DNA from: a virus
Lineage: Duplodnaviria > Caudoviricetes
Reading direction: 5' to 3' (one strand)
Virus record (IMG/VR): IMGVR_UViG_3300030433_002216
Span: 1 to 40,642 of that record
DNA length: 40,642 nucleotides
The notes under the pieces were generated by a model, which was given only the letters and a program-made list of their open reading frames with translations, was not told where the DNA came from and searched no databases. Below, piece by piece: positions 9,415-18,731 of the stretch. A program made the translations under genes and the position numbers. Position 1 is the first letter of the stretch; every line of letters starts with the position of its first letter.

Positions 9415-10143
9415 ATGCCATTACCTAAGATTTCTACTCCAACTTATGATTTGGAACTTCCTTCTACGGGGAAAAAAATTAAGTATCGTCCATTTCTAGT
9501 TAAAGAAGAGAAAATTCTCATTCTCGCATTAGAAAGTCAAGATCCTACACAGATTACGAACGCTATCAAACAAGTTCTTAAAGACTGCGTTCAAACTAGA
9601 GGAGTAAAGATTGAAGATCTTCCTTCTTTTGATATTGAATACTTGTTCTTGAATGTTCGTGGTAAGTCTGTTGGTGAGGCAATCGATCTTATCGTAACTT
9701 GTTCTGATGATGGTGAAACAACTGTACCTGTAAAACTATTCGTTGATCAGATTGGAGTTGTAAAACCAGAAGGACATAGTAAAGATATTAAGTTGGACGA
9801 TAAGATTGTTTTGAGAATGAAGTATCCATCTCTCAAACAATTCATTGAAGAGAACTTTGAATTTGAAGGTAATGAAGATGTTTCAACTATTGAAAGATCT
9901 TTCGAGGTGATTAGTTCTTGTATTGATACCATCTTCACAGAGGAAGAGGCATGGGCAGCATCTGATTGCACTAAGAAAGAACTGACTCAGTTCCTTGAAG
10001 GTATGCAGTCTGCACAATTCAAAATGATTGAAGACTTCTTCACCACTATGCCTAAACTATCTCACACCTTCAAGGTCAAAAATCCTAAGACTGGTGTTGA
10101 AAGTGAAGTAACGTTGGAGGGGTTGACCAGTTTTTTCGCCTGA
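9415..10143 (+). CDS. gp26: Baseplate hub assembly protein gp26 (candidate tail-assembly chaperone)
   Basis: MPLPKI.TPTY.LELPS.GK.IKYRPFLVKEEKIL, FDIEYLFLNVRGKSVGE, C-terminal LEGL.SFF. Confidence 0.93.
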   Translation: MPLPKISTPTYDLELPSTGKKIKYRPFLVKEEKILILALESQDPTQITNAIKQVLKDCVQTRGVKIEDLPSFDIEYLFLNVRGKSVGEAIDLIVTCSDDGETTVPVKLFVDQIGVVKPEGHSKDIKLDDKIVLRMKYPSLKQFIEENFEFEGNEDVSTIERSFEVISSCIDTIFTEEEAWAASDCTKKELTQFLEGMQSAQFKMIEDFFTTMPKLSHTFKVKNPKTGVESEVTLEGLTSFFA

Positions 10144-10145
10144 TC

Positions 10146-10328
10146 ATGGCTCATATCTCACTTGAGTCATACTATCGAATCAACTTCGCTCTCCTGCAGT
10201 TCCATAAATATAGCTTAACAGAGGTAGAAAACCTCATCCCTTGGGAACGTGACATTTATCTTGCTCTATTGAAACAACATATTGATGAAGAAAACGAGAA
10301 AGTAAAACAACGAGAACGCCGTGGCTAA
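10146..10328 (+). CDS. gp51: Short gp51-like baseplate hub assembly protein, possibly the -1 frameshift extension of gp26
   Basis: L..YY..NFAL.Q.HKYSL.E.EN.IPWERDIY..LL signature. No obvious SD of its own. Confidence 0.88.
   Translation: MAHISLESYYRINFALLQFHKYSLTEVENLIPWERDIYLALLKQHIDEENEKVKQRERRG
10203..10210 (+). promoter_or_regulatory. Late promoter upstream of ORF 10321
   Basis: CATAAATA inside gp51. Confidence 0.5.
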
Positions 10329-12105
10329 AATTGGTGCAACTGGAGGGAATACTGATGGTGCGATGGGTTCTTTTACAGCTCCTCGTGTAGGGGGTTTTAG
10401 TGGTAATAAAAAACAACCAACAACGAGTACATTTCAAGATAAATTCTTCACTTCACTGAAACGTGAAGGTAGATTAAAGGCTAGAGAAGAAGGTCCTGCA
10501 AATAAGATTGTAAAATTTGGTGCTGGAGTCAAAGCAAAAGACCCTGGTAATGGATCTCTGATTAAATCCATTTCAACCAATATCAATAATCAATTTAGTG
10601 ATGCGATTACTCAACTTCAGAGTAATGTCACTAATATCGTCAATCCAGTATTAGATAGACTAAAGGCAGAACATAGAAGAAGTATTGACGACGCTGAGAG
10701 TAATAAACCAACGAATCTACTTGGTGGATTCTTGGACATGCTCCGCAGTGGTCTGGACTTCATCAGATTCCTAAGTGATAGAAAGAGATTAGCATTCTTA
10801 AGACAAGGTATTAAGAATCTAAAGACTGGATTTAAAGAATTGTTTATAGTTGGTGAAACAGTTGCTAAGACTCTTAAAAAATTAATCAAACAACTAAAGA
10901 AACTTGGTCAAGAAGGTGGCAAAGGTGGTGGTCTTCTTGGTAATCTAAGATTACCTGGATTTGGTGGAGGTGGTGGAAATAGACGCCAAAGAAGATCCAA
11001 TCAAAGACCAAGATCATCAGTCAGACCCAGAAGAAGACGTGGAATGGGTACAGCTGGAATGCTCCTAGGAACAGGAGGATTATTAGCTGGTGGAATGGCA
11101 ATGGCTCCTTCTGTACAAAGTTCCCCTACAGCTCCACCACCAGTTCCCGAACCCATTGTTGAACAACCTCTAAGTCAGAAACTACTTGAAAAGTTCAATC
11201 AGGTTCTTGATCAATTTAATAATGCAATCGATAGTTTAACGAAACCTGCCAAAACAACACCAACCCAAACTACACCCGCTACTGGAAGTGGTGGTGGTAG
11301 TACTGATAGTTCATCTATGGGTGGTGGAGGAGGTGCTATGCCTTCAGAAGATCAAGATCTCTATACTACTGCAACACTTGCAAGTATGGAAGCTGGCACT
11401 GATCAAGCAAGGGCAGACGTTGCTCAAGCTGTTTATAATAGAATGGGTCAAAGAGGTCAGAGTGCAACTGAAGTTGCTACTGCTAAGGGTCAGTTTGCAG
11501 TAATGTTTGACCAGAATGATAATATTGATCCAGATGCAAAAAACATCAAAACTCTTGAAGATGCAGTTAAATTTAGAATGAAGAAAAAGGGTGAGACTGC
11601 AGAAGTCGCTGAAAAACAAATCAGATCGACTATTGCTGCAATGCGTAACCCAGAATTGATTAAGAACGCACAGACATTTGTTCAAGACAGAACATCATTC
11701 AGAGCGAGTGCAAAAAATTATCAGACACTAACAAATAGTATCTGGAGAGGTGGTGCTGGAGATAATCAATTCCTCAATGAAGAGGTGTCTGGTAAGGGAA
11801 CGATGGCAGTTCCTGAGTTTGTAACTGGTGCGGAAGTTGACCCTAATAAAGTAAAGATTGAAGCTGCACCACAACAATCACAAGTGATGCAAAAAGTTAG
11901 TCAACAGGTTTCTCAACCAGCTAGAAAAGGTGGTGGAGTCAGCGTTGTTCCTGTAGGCGGTGGTGCTCAACAATCACCAGCTGGTGGTGGTGGTAGAGGA
12001 CCTGCAAATAAACTTGAACAGGGTGGAATTCCTTTCATGAGTTCTTCAATGAATGATAATGCTCACGATATGTTCTCAAGAATGACTTATAACGTAGTAG
12101 GATAA
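10321..12105 (+). CDS. Tape-measure/baseplate-hub-like virion protein with a SleB/Hydrolase_2-like cell wall hydrolase domain
   Basis: Helical and Gly-rich N-terminus. LASMEAG...ADVAQAVYNR...V.TAKGQF...GDNQF (about 11356-11780) fits Hydrolase_2 with its catalytic Glu. Confidence 0.65.
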   Translation: MAKIGATGGNTDGAMGSFTAPRVGGFSGNKKQPTTSTFQDKFFTSLKREGRLKAREEGPANKIVKFGAGVKAKDPGNGSLIKSISTNINNQFSDAITQLQSNVTNIVNPVLDRLKAEHRRSIDDAESNKPTNLLGGFLDMLRSGLDFIRFLSDRKRLAFLRQGIKNLKTGFKELFIVGETVAKTLKKLIKQLKKLGQEGGKGGGLLGNLRLPGFGGGGGNRRQRRSNQRPRSSVRPRRRRGMGTAGMLLGTGGLLAGGMAMAPSVQSSPTAPPPVPEPIVEQPLSQKLLEKFNQVLDQFNNAIDSLTKPAKTTPTQTTPATGSGGGSTDSSSMGGGGGAMPSEDQDLYTTATLASMEAGTDQARADVAQAVYNRMGQRGQSATEVATAKGQFAVMFDQNDNIDPDAKNIKTLEDAVKFRMKKKGETAEVAEKQIRSTIAAMRNPELIKNAQTFVQDRTSFRASAKNYQTLTNSIWRGGAGDNQFLNEEVSGKGTMAVPEFVTGAEVDPNKVKIEAAPQQSQVMQKVSQQVSQPARKGGGVSVVPVGGGAQQSPAGGGGRGPANKLEQGGIPFMSSSMNDNAHDMFSRMTYNVVG

Positions 12106-14219
12106 TGCCAGTAGTAACTCCCAAAAAACCAAAAATCTCTGCTATGTCATCTCCCATTGGGATGATGACTGGTATCGTTGGTAATCTAAGACACGGAAAA
12201 ACCCAACGTAATAGAGTCAAAAGAGACTTTGATGATATGTCCAAGTTCCTCAATAGAGGAGCTAATAATATTCGTCGTTTTAATCTACCTAAAGGTCAAA
12301 AACTTAAAAGACTGACGGATATTAACATCAAAGGCGGTGGAGGTGGAATCTTAGGTTCCATCATGAATGCAGTGACTGGAGGTGGAGGATTACTTGGTTT
12401 AGGAAGTAATCTTCTTGGTCTCGGTGAATTTGCTGATGATGTTAGAAATTTATTCAGGAGAGGTGGTAAGGTAGGTAGGGATGGTAGAACTGCCCTTCAA
12501 AGAGCAAAAGACATAAAAAAATTAAAGCAAACTGGTAAAGCAGTTGATGCAACACAAGATGCAGTTAGAGGTGCAAGACAAGGCACTAAAGTTCTTGATA
12601 GTGTTGCAGATGCCTCCAAAGGTCTTAGAGGTGTCAGTAAAGCAAATGCTGCATTAAACATTGCAGCTTCTGGTTTAGAATTTGCAGGTAGAAAATCAGA
12701 AGGTCAAACTAACACCCAAGCTGCAATAGGTACTGCTGCAGATGCTGCAGGTGGTATGGCAGGTTTTGCTCTTGCAAGTAAAGCAACTGCTACTGCTCTT
12801 TCTCCACTACTTGTAACTCCTGTACCAGGTGCAAGAATTTTATATGGAATTGCGGTTCTTGGTTCTGGTATTATGGGTTCAATGGCTGGATCCCAGTTAG
12901 CTGCTTCAGGTGCAGATAAACTTACTGGTGCTGATAAAGTCGGTGAAGATCTTGAGAAATTCAATCAACAAGAAAAAGAAAAGAAAGAAAAACAAGAAGA
13001 ACAAAAGAAAGAATTAGATAGTCCAACAGGTAGAAAGACTTTCAGTGAATTGCTAGATAAGTTTGAAGATATTATTGAAAAATTTAGAACTTCTGTGAAG
13101 GCCAAGAAAATCGTCAGATCAACCACATCTGGAAGTGATGATGGTCGCACTGGTGGTGGTAGTGTTAGTGTGCAGGAATTTACTGGTGCTGCTAATGTTG
13201 TTGGGGCAGATCACCCCGAGACTGGTTCTGGTTATGGTATTGCTGGTCAGGTCGATCAAAATGGAAGACCATTAGTATTTTCTCAACCTGCAGCTTCTGC
13301 TTTTGCTGGAGCAATAAAAGAATCTGGAATGAATCTTGGATCTTATGTTGCAAGTTCTGGTAGAAGTCAAGAAAAGAATACTGCTATTGGTGGTCATCCA
13401 AACTCACACCACATGTATGGTGAAGCACTTGATATGAATGGTGAAGGTTATGAGTGGATGAGAGAAAATGGTCACAAGTTTGGATGGCAATATGTTTATA
13501 ACCATGGACCTGGTAGTGCTCACTTCAAATATGTTGGACCAGGTGCAGGAACTACACCTAAGTTAGCACCTCCTGGTAACAAACCATCTGATCCAGAACC
13601 TGCACCTACTGCTGCTCCACCTACATCAGGAGATGATGGTGCAAGAACTGAATCACAACTAAAGAGAGATGAAACCAAAACTCGTGCAGGTGTAGATCGT
13701 AATACAGTTATCGATGAAGAAACTGGATTCACCGCAGGTGAGATGGAAGATATAAAAGTAAAACAAGAAAGAATTGAAGCAATGAGAAAAGCTCTCGGTA
13801 GGGATATGCTTGCTTCTGCTTTTGACAAAGTAACTGGTACTGCAAGTATAGAAGGATATTCTAAAATGTTGAGGGATCAGGGTAAAGGAGAAGAAGTGGA
13901 TAGAATCATGAATGAAATTCAAGGTGGTTATGTGGAGGAAGTTAAAACACCTGCACCAGAAGTAACTCCACAAGTAACCCCAAGTCCTGCACCACAACAA
14001 GTAATGACTAAGGTATCTACTCAGATATCTGATTATCAATCTTATGAACAAGGTGGAGGAGATAATCTTGTCATAATGCCTATCGGTGGTCAATCTCAAC
14101 AACCACAGATGATGAGTGGACCTGGAGGTCAACAAATGATGATTGTACCTATGCCTGTAGGTGCTAGTGTAAATAAGATACAGAAGGAACTCTTAACAAC
14201 TAAACTCGCAGGTTGCTAA
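12105..14219 (+). CDS. Tape-measure-like virion protein with a peptidase M15 (Zn D-Ala-D-Ala peptidase) domain
   Basis: Ala/Gly-rich hydrophobic helices. SSGRS....GGHPNSHH.YGEALD...W.RENG.KFGW...HF.Y (about 13270-13535) supplies the H-x6-D...H zinc ligands. Confidence 0.7.
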   Translation: MPVVTPKKPKISAMSSPIGMMTGIVGNLRHGKTQRNRVKRDFDDMSKFLNRGANNIRRFNLPKGQKLKRLTDINIKGGGGGILGSIMNAVTGGGGLLGLGSNLLGLGEFADDVRNLFRRGGKVGRDGRTALQRAKDIKKLKQTGKAVDATQDAVRGARQGTKVLDSVADASKGLRGVSKANAALNIAASGLEFAGRKSEGQTNTQAAIGTAADAAGGMAGFALASKATATALSPLLVTPVPGARILYGIAVLGSGIMGSMAGSQLAASGADKLTGADKVGEDLEKFNQQEKEKKEKQEEQKKELDSPTGRKTFSELLDKFEDIIEKFRTSVKAKKIVRSTTSGSDDGRTGGGSVSVQEFTGAANVVGADHPETGSGYGIAGQVDQNGRPLVFSQPAASAFAGAIKESGMNLGSYVASSGRSQEKNTAIGGHPNSHHMYGEALDMNGEGYEWMRENGHKFGWQYVYNHGPGSAHFKYVGPGAGTTPKLAPPGNKPSDPEPAPTAAPPTSGDDGARTESQLKRDETKTRAGVDRNTVIDEETGFTAGEMEDIKVKQERIEAMRKALGRDMLASAFDKVTGTASIEGYSKMLRDQGKGEEVDRIMNEIQGGYVEEVKTPAPEVTPQVTPSPAPQQVMTKVSTQISDYQSYEQGGGDNLVIMPIGGQSQQPQMMSGPGGQQMMIVPMPVGASVNKIQKELLTTKLAGC

Positions 14220-14220
14220 T

Positions 14221-15498
14221 ATGGCGTCAGTAATCGAAGTTCTAAATTATAATGCAGTTATCATCAGTACTCTTGATGGTAGCAATCAAATTGATTTAAC
14301 AAACGCAATTACAGAATCAGACTACTATGAGGATTTATTTTCTCCTAGTGTAATGATGACTATTGATATTGCTGCAAGTTTTCCTGTTCTTGAAAAATTA
14401 CCTATTGTTGGTGGAGAAGCTGTATTATTTGATGTAGAGACTGCAAGTGGTCAATTCATCAGAGATAAAGAATTTGCAATGTATGTGCATAAGATTAGTA
14501 ATATCAATACTAGTGCATCTCAAGAGAGTTTTAGATTACATTTATGTTCCATGGAGTATCTAACCAATGAGACTTCAAGGGTGCAAAGAAAGTTTCAAAA
14601 GATGACGATTGAAAATCACGTCATCAAAATCATTAGAGAGTATCTACATCAAAATAAACAGAATCCTAAAGTCACAAATGGTGTCTTTGATAAGACTGCC
14701 AATAGTTACTCGTTCATTGGAACAGTGAAGAAACCTTTTAATGTATTGACTTGGTTGGCACCTAAAGGTATCCCATCAGACTCGAAGTCTGGTACTGATG
14801 GAACAAAAGCAAAAGGAACGTCTGGATTTTTGTTCTTTGAAAACTCTAAAGGATATAACTTTAGAAGTATTAATAATCTAGTCAAACAGAATCCATCATA
14901 CACTTATTCAACGAATGATGCTATTCAAGCAAATAGTCCAAACAATGCGTATGTGATTCTAGATCATGTTTTCAATAGAGTAAATGATCTAAAAGAAAGT
15001 CTGACACTGGGCACATATTCTAATGTAACTTATTTTTATGATGTTTATCAAAATAGAGTTGATGGTATCGTCTATAATATCAGTGATGAAGTGAACTCCA
15101 AATCTTTATTAGGTAGTGAAGGAGTTGCAAAATCAGAACTATTTGGTAGTAGAGTGTCTAGAATTTTGGTAAGAACTGCTGATGTGGGGATTCTAGATAC
15201 GGAGGGTGAGAAAGAAGATGCCGGCAGAGATGTTGCTGATATGGCGAAGTCATTTTCTAGATATAATCTCCTTTTCACTCAGTCGCTAAATATTATGGTA
15301 CCAATGAATGTCAACTTAAAGTCGGGTGATGTCATAAAAGTTGTTTTACAAGGTGCTACGTCAGGGAAAGAATCACCCGAAGCTGATGAAAAGAAAAGTG
15401 GTAATTACCTCATAAAAGAGTTGCGTCACCACTTTGAAGCGAATAAAATGGTAACGTCTCTAAAACTAGTAAGAGACTCTTACGGAATCACGGAGTAA
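14221..15498 (+). CDS. Baseplate hub protein (gp27-like)
   Basis: DYYEDL.SP, LPIVGGE, KPF.V..WLA.K, GFLFFE...GYNF.SI, L..GDVI.V, SG.YLI..LRH.F; lies upstream of gp5. Confidence 0.7.
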   Translation: MASVIEVLNYNAVIISTLDGSNQIDLTNAITESDYYEDLFSPSVMMTIDIAASFPVLEKLPIVGGEAVLFDVETASGQFIRDKEFAMYVHKISNINTSASQESFRLHLCSMEYLTNETSRVQRKFQKMTIENHVIKIIREYLHQNKQNPKVTNGVFDKTANSYSFIGTVKKPFNVLTWLAPKGIPSDSKSGTDGTKAKGTSGFLFFENSKGYNFRSINNLVKQNPSYTYSTNDAIQANSPNNAYVILDHVFNRVNDLKESLTLGTYSNVTYFYDVYQNRVDGIVYNISDEVNSKSLLGSEGVAKSELFGSRVSRILVRTADVGILDTEGEKEDAGRDVADMAKSFSRYNLLFTQSLNIMVPMNVNLKSGDVIKVVLQGATSGKESPEADEKKSGNYLIKELRHHFEANKMVTSLKLVRDSYGITE

Positions 15499-15502
15499 TC
15501 CC

Positions 15503-15730
15503 ATGGAAAACATCGAAGCTCATATCCAGAAGGATAAAGAAATTCTTCAGGATCCTACGACATCGCCACAACAACGCCGCCACATTGAAGAAGAGTTGCA
15601 TGAACTAGAAGTTTATGCAGAAAACCACAAAGAAGAGATTGCCGCTGGTGATCATCACGATCCCACTGCACTCGAACTTTACTGCGAAATGGAACCAGGC
15701 GCACCCGAGTGTAAAACCCACGATAACTGA
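15503..15730 (+). CDS. cp12: CP12 Calvin-cycle inhibitor (auxiliary metabolic gene)
   Basis: C-terminal DPTALELYC..EPGAPEC..HD with a C-x8-C pair; phage/picocyanobacterial N-terminus IE.HI.KD..IL.DP..SPQ.RRH.EEEL. Confidence 0.93.
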   Translation: MENIEAHIQKDKEILQDPTTSPQQRRHIEEELHELEVYAENHKEEIAAGDHHDPTALELYCEMEPGAPECKTHDN

Positions 15731-15734
15731 TTAA

Positions 15735-18158
15735 ATGATTGACGAGGCTATCCTTAAATCTAATTTTGCTGGTAAAGATGGCTTTACCTGGTGGATCGGT
15801 CAAGTTGCCGATCCAAAGGTTTGGCTGAATCAAAAAGTAAATGCCATTGATAAAGAACTCAAGGCTGAGTCTTGGGGTTATAGATGTAAGGTTAGGATCA
15901 TTGGTTTTCATACCTTTGATAGAAGTCAATTACCAGATAATGATCTGCCTTGGGCACATGTTTTGTCCAGTGCTGCTGATGGAGCTGTCGGTCAAGGTGG
16001 TTTTGGTAAAACTGCTGGTATTATTGGAGGAGAGACTGTTGTCGGATTCTTCCTTGATGGAGAGGAAGCTCAACAACCTGTAGTATTTGGTTGTATCAAT
16101 AGATCTCCTGCAGTAATAAATGTGCAGGATCCAGATCCCTTTGAACCTTTTACAGGATTCAAAGGTAAATTTGTATCTGAGAATCTGGCAACTAGAGTGC
16201 CAGGACAGAAGGGTGTAATTGCACCGAAAGAGAAAACACTAGGTAGTGGTTCTCAATTTAAGGTTAAAGGTGATAATACTGCTTATGAGAATCTCGGTAG
16301 TACAACTGCTGCTGAACAACAAGACCCAGGAATTACTGGAGAAACTAAGACAGAAAGTAAACCAGATGCTGGTGCTAAGTACGAGTCACCCAAACTAATT
16401 ATCAATTTTGACTCCCTAATTGATTTAGATCAAGCAGAACTAGGGTTCCTTAGAACTGCATCAGCACCTTTCCCAGAAACTGGTGCTAATGGTTGTCAAG
16501 ACAATATTCTTGCAAATATTCATGCAGCTATTAATAGTTTCATGAAGTTTGTTAATTCTTTGGAGTCAACTGCTTTAGGATTTATTGATCCTGTTAGAAA
16601 TCTAGTTGTTGACATGGGGGCAACAGTTAGTAGGATCGCAAGAAAGGTTGCGGGCATGTTGAAGATGATCATGAACGCAATGCGTGATGATATGTTTAAG
16701 GTGGTTGGTAAATTATTTAAACTTCTTGGTATTGGAATACCATCTCCTATTGCACTTCCCATTAGTGAAGCAACCAAAGTCATTCTGGATATTATTTTCT
16801 GTATCTTTGAAAAACTATTCGGACCTATTACTGACTTTATCTCTTCATTAATTGATGGGATGTTGGGTAAACTGAACCACTTCCCCACTTGTGCAGCACA
16901 AGAATTCGTCGCATCACTTCTTTCTAAGTTGGAAGAAATGTTGAATAGTGCTCTTACTCCAGTATTGAGTGGTCTTGATTGGTTGGCTGGTGGTATTGGT
17001 CAAATCTCAGGAATGATCAGTGGTGCAGTTGCACAACTACAACAACTACTATCTTTCCTTGATTGTGACTCCCTGAAATGTGAAGGATCTATTGATTTTG
17101 ATCCCTTCGGTGGTATCAAACTACCAAGTCCAGACAACTGGCAACAAACTCTTCAGAATCTAGACATCCTTAATGACCTTAAGACTGCGGAATCAGGTAT
17201 CGATGAAGCAGTAGGATACATGTCGATATTTGGTTCTTCAGATTCTCCCTTTGGACCATGTAGAGAAGAAATTATAAACCCAACTGACCAAAACTCGGTA
17301 GCGAGTCTACCTATTGGTCTAAAGTATGATACTTGTTTGCCTCCTACAGCTGTCGTTGTTGGAGATGGAAAGGGTGCAGTAATGAAACCTGTTGTTGCAA
17401 ATGATGGAACAATTCTAACAGTTGCTGTACAAAACCCAGGGAAAGGATTTACAAAAGCACCAAACGTTTATGTTGTAGATAATACTGGTTGTGGTAAAGG
17501 AGCAATCGTCAAAACAACCATCACACCGCCAGGACCTGGAGGTAGTGGAGGATCTATCGATGGTGTCATTGTTGTAGATCCTGGTGAAGGATATATCCCA
17601 GGAGAACTAGAAGATATTGTAGACGGAACAATTCCTTGTAGTGATGATTCTAATTGCCCAGAAGGATATAAGTGTGTAGATGGTAAATGCGTTCTGGTTT
17701 GCACTGAAGAAGGAGACTGCCCAGAGGGTTATGCATGTGTAGATGGTGAGTGTGTTAAAATCTGTGATGAAGATGGGGATTGCCCACTAGGATTTACCTG
17801 TCTAAATGGTTATTGTGTTCCAATCTCTGGTATCTCAAGTGATCCAGTAGGTATCATCACTTCTATTATTATTGATGGACCTGGAATCGGATACACATCT
17901 GGTGATGAAGTTTCATTCGGTGGTTGTGTTTATACACCAATTCTTACTGATAATGGAAGTATTGTTGGATTTGAATCGGATGATACTTGCAAGAATCAGT
18001 TTGATTTCTATCCTGGAGCAGCTATAAATACTAAAACAGGGTATGGTGCTAAACTCTTCCCTGTTATGAAGTTTGTCCCACAATATCTAACTGTAGACAA
18101 CGCAGTTGCTTCGGTCGGTATTGGTACAACACTAATCAATGTAATCGATTGCGTATAA
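15735..18158 (+). CDS. gp5: Baseplate hub subunit gp5, N-terminal part (OB fold, no recognisable lysozyme domain), with Cys-rich repeats
   Basis: G.DGF.WWIGQV, YR.KVRIIG.H, LP..DLPWA.V, V.GFFLDG.EAQQPVV.G gp5 OB-fold signature. Confidence 0.88.
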   Translation: MIDEAILKSNFAGKDGFTWWIGQVADPKVWLNQKVNAIDKELKAESWGYRCKVRIIGFHTFDRSQLPDNDLPWAHVLSSAADGAVGQGGFGKTAGIIGGETVVGFFLDGEEAQQPVVFGCINRSPAVINVQDPDPFEPFTGFKGKFVSENLATRVPGQKGVIAPKEKTLGSGSQFKVKGDNTAYENLGSTTAAEQQDPGITGETKTESKPDAGAKYESPKLIINFDSLIDLDQAELGFLRTASAPFPETGANGCQDNILANIHAAINSFMKFVNSLESTALGFIDPVRNLVVDMGATVSRIARKVAGMLKMIMNAMRDDMFKVVGKLFKLLGIGIPSPIALPISEATKVILDIIFCIFEKLFGPITDFISSLIDGMLGKLNHFPTCAAQEFVASLLSKLEEMLNSALTPVLSGLDWLAGGIGQISGMISGAVAQLQQLLSFLDCDSLKCEGSIDFDPFGGIKLPSPDNWQQTLQNLDILNDLKTAESGIDEAVGYMSIFGSSDSPFGPCREEIINPTDQNSVASLPIGLKYDTCLPPTAVVVGDGKGAVMKPVVANDGTILTVAVQNPGKGFTKAPNVYVVDNTGCGKGAIVKTTITPPGPGGSGGSIDGVIVVDPGEGYIPGELEDIVDGTIPCSDDSNCPEGYKCVDGKCVLVCTEEGDCPEGYACVDGECVKICDEDGDCPLGFTCLNGYCVPISGISSDPVGIITSIIIDGPGIGYTSGDEVSFGGCVYTPILTDNGSIVGFESDDTCKNQFDFYPGAAINTKTGYGAKLFPVMKFVPQYLTVDNAVASVGIGTTLINVIDCV
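17637..17816 (+). repeat. Three tandem 63-bp (21-aa) Cys-rich coding repeats
   Basis: CSDDSNCPEGYKCVDGKC-VLV / CTEEGDCPEGYACVDGEC-VKI / CDEDGDCPLGFTCLNGYC. Confidence 0.95.
18023..18030 (+). promoter_or_regulatory. Late promoter upstream of ORF 18162
   Basis: Perfect TATAAATA near the 3' end of gp5. Confidence 0.65.
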
Positions 18159-18161
18159 CCA

Positions 18162-18731
18162 ATGTCAGAAAAACAGGACAAGGATCTATTTCCAAAACAA
18201 TACCTTGAAAAACATCCTGGATTTGTAATTAAGTCTGGGATAAGAGATGCTGCTGGTAAGAATATTGACTATTCGGTTATTACTGATAACTCTCAAGGAT
18301 TTGAATATACTCAAGAGGGAAACAAATTTGACGTAACAAATAAGTGTTCTTCTGAAGTATGTGGAGAATTTGTTGGAAAGGATGAGGTTGCAAAGAGCAT
18401 CTATGCAATGGGTGGTAATATTGTCATCGACGCTAGAGATGGTGATATTATTCTCAAGGGTCTAAACATTAGAATCGAAGCTCAAGATGGTTCTGGAGAA
18501 GTTACTATCACTGCTCCTAAACAGATCCAAGAGAGAGCTCCCGTTGTCAATATCAAAGGATCAAAAGTAAATATGGTGGGAACAAATAGTGCTATTGTTG
18601 CTGCACAAACCACCGATATCCGAGGTAACATTGCTGAAAACTCAAGTAGTGGTAGTGAGGATCAACAGGCTGGAATTATGAGTAAAATCTTTGCATTTAT
18701 TACAGGTGGATTAGGAGGACTTTTTGAATAA
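18162..18731 (+). CDS. gp5 C-terminal-like beta-helix (spike) protein
   Basis: Repeating I.A..GNI.I.A..GDI.LKG.NI.IEA strands, directly after the gp5 N-terminal gene. Confidence 0.6.
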   Translation: MSEKQDKDLFPKQYLEKHPGFVIKSGIRDAAGKNIDYSVITDNSQGFEYTQEGNKFDVTNKCSSEVCGEFVGKDEVAKSIYAMGGNIVIDARDGDIILKGLNIRIEAQDGSGEVTITAPKQIQERAPVVNIKGSKVNMVGTNSAIVAAQTTDIRGNIAENSSSGSEDQQAGIMSKIFAFITGGLGGLFE

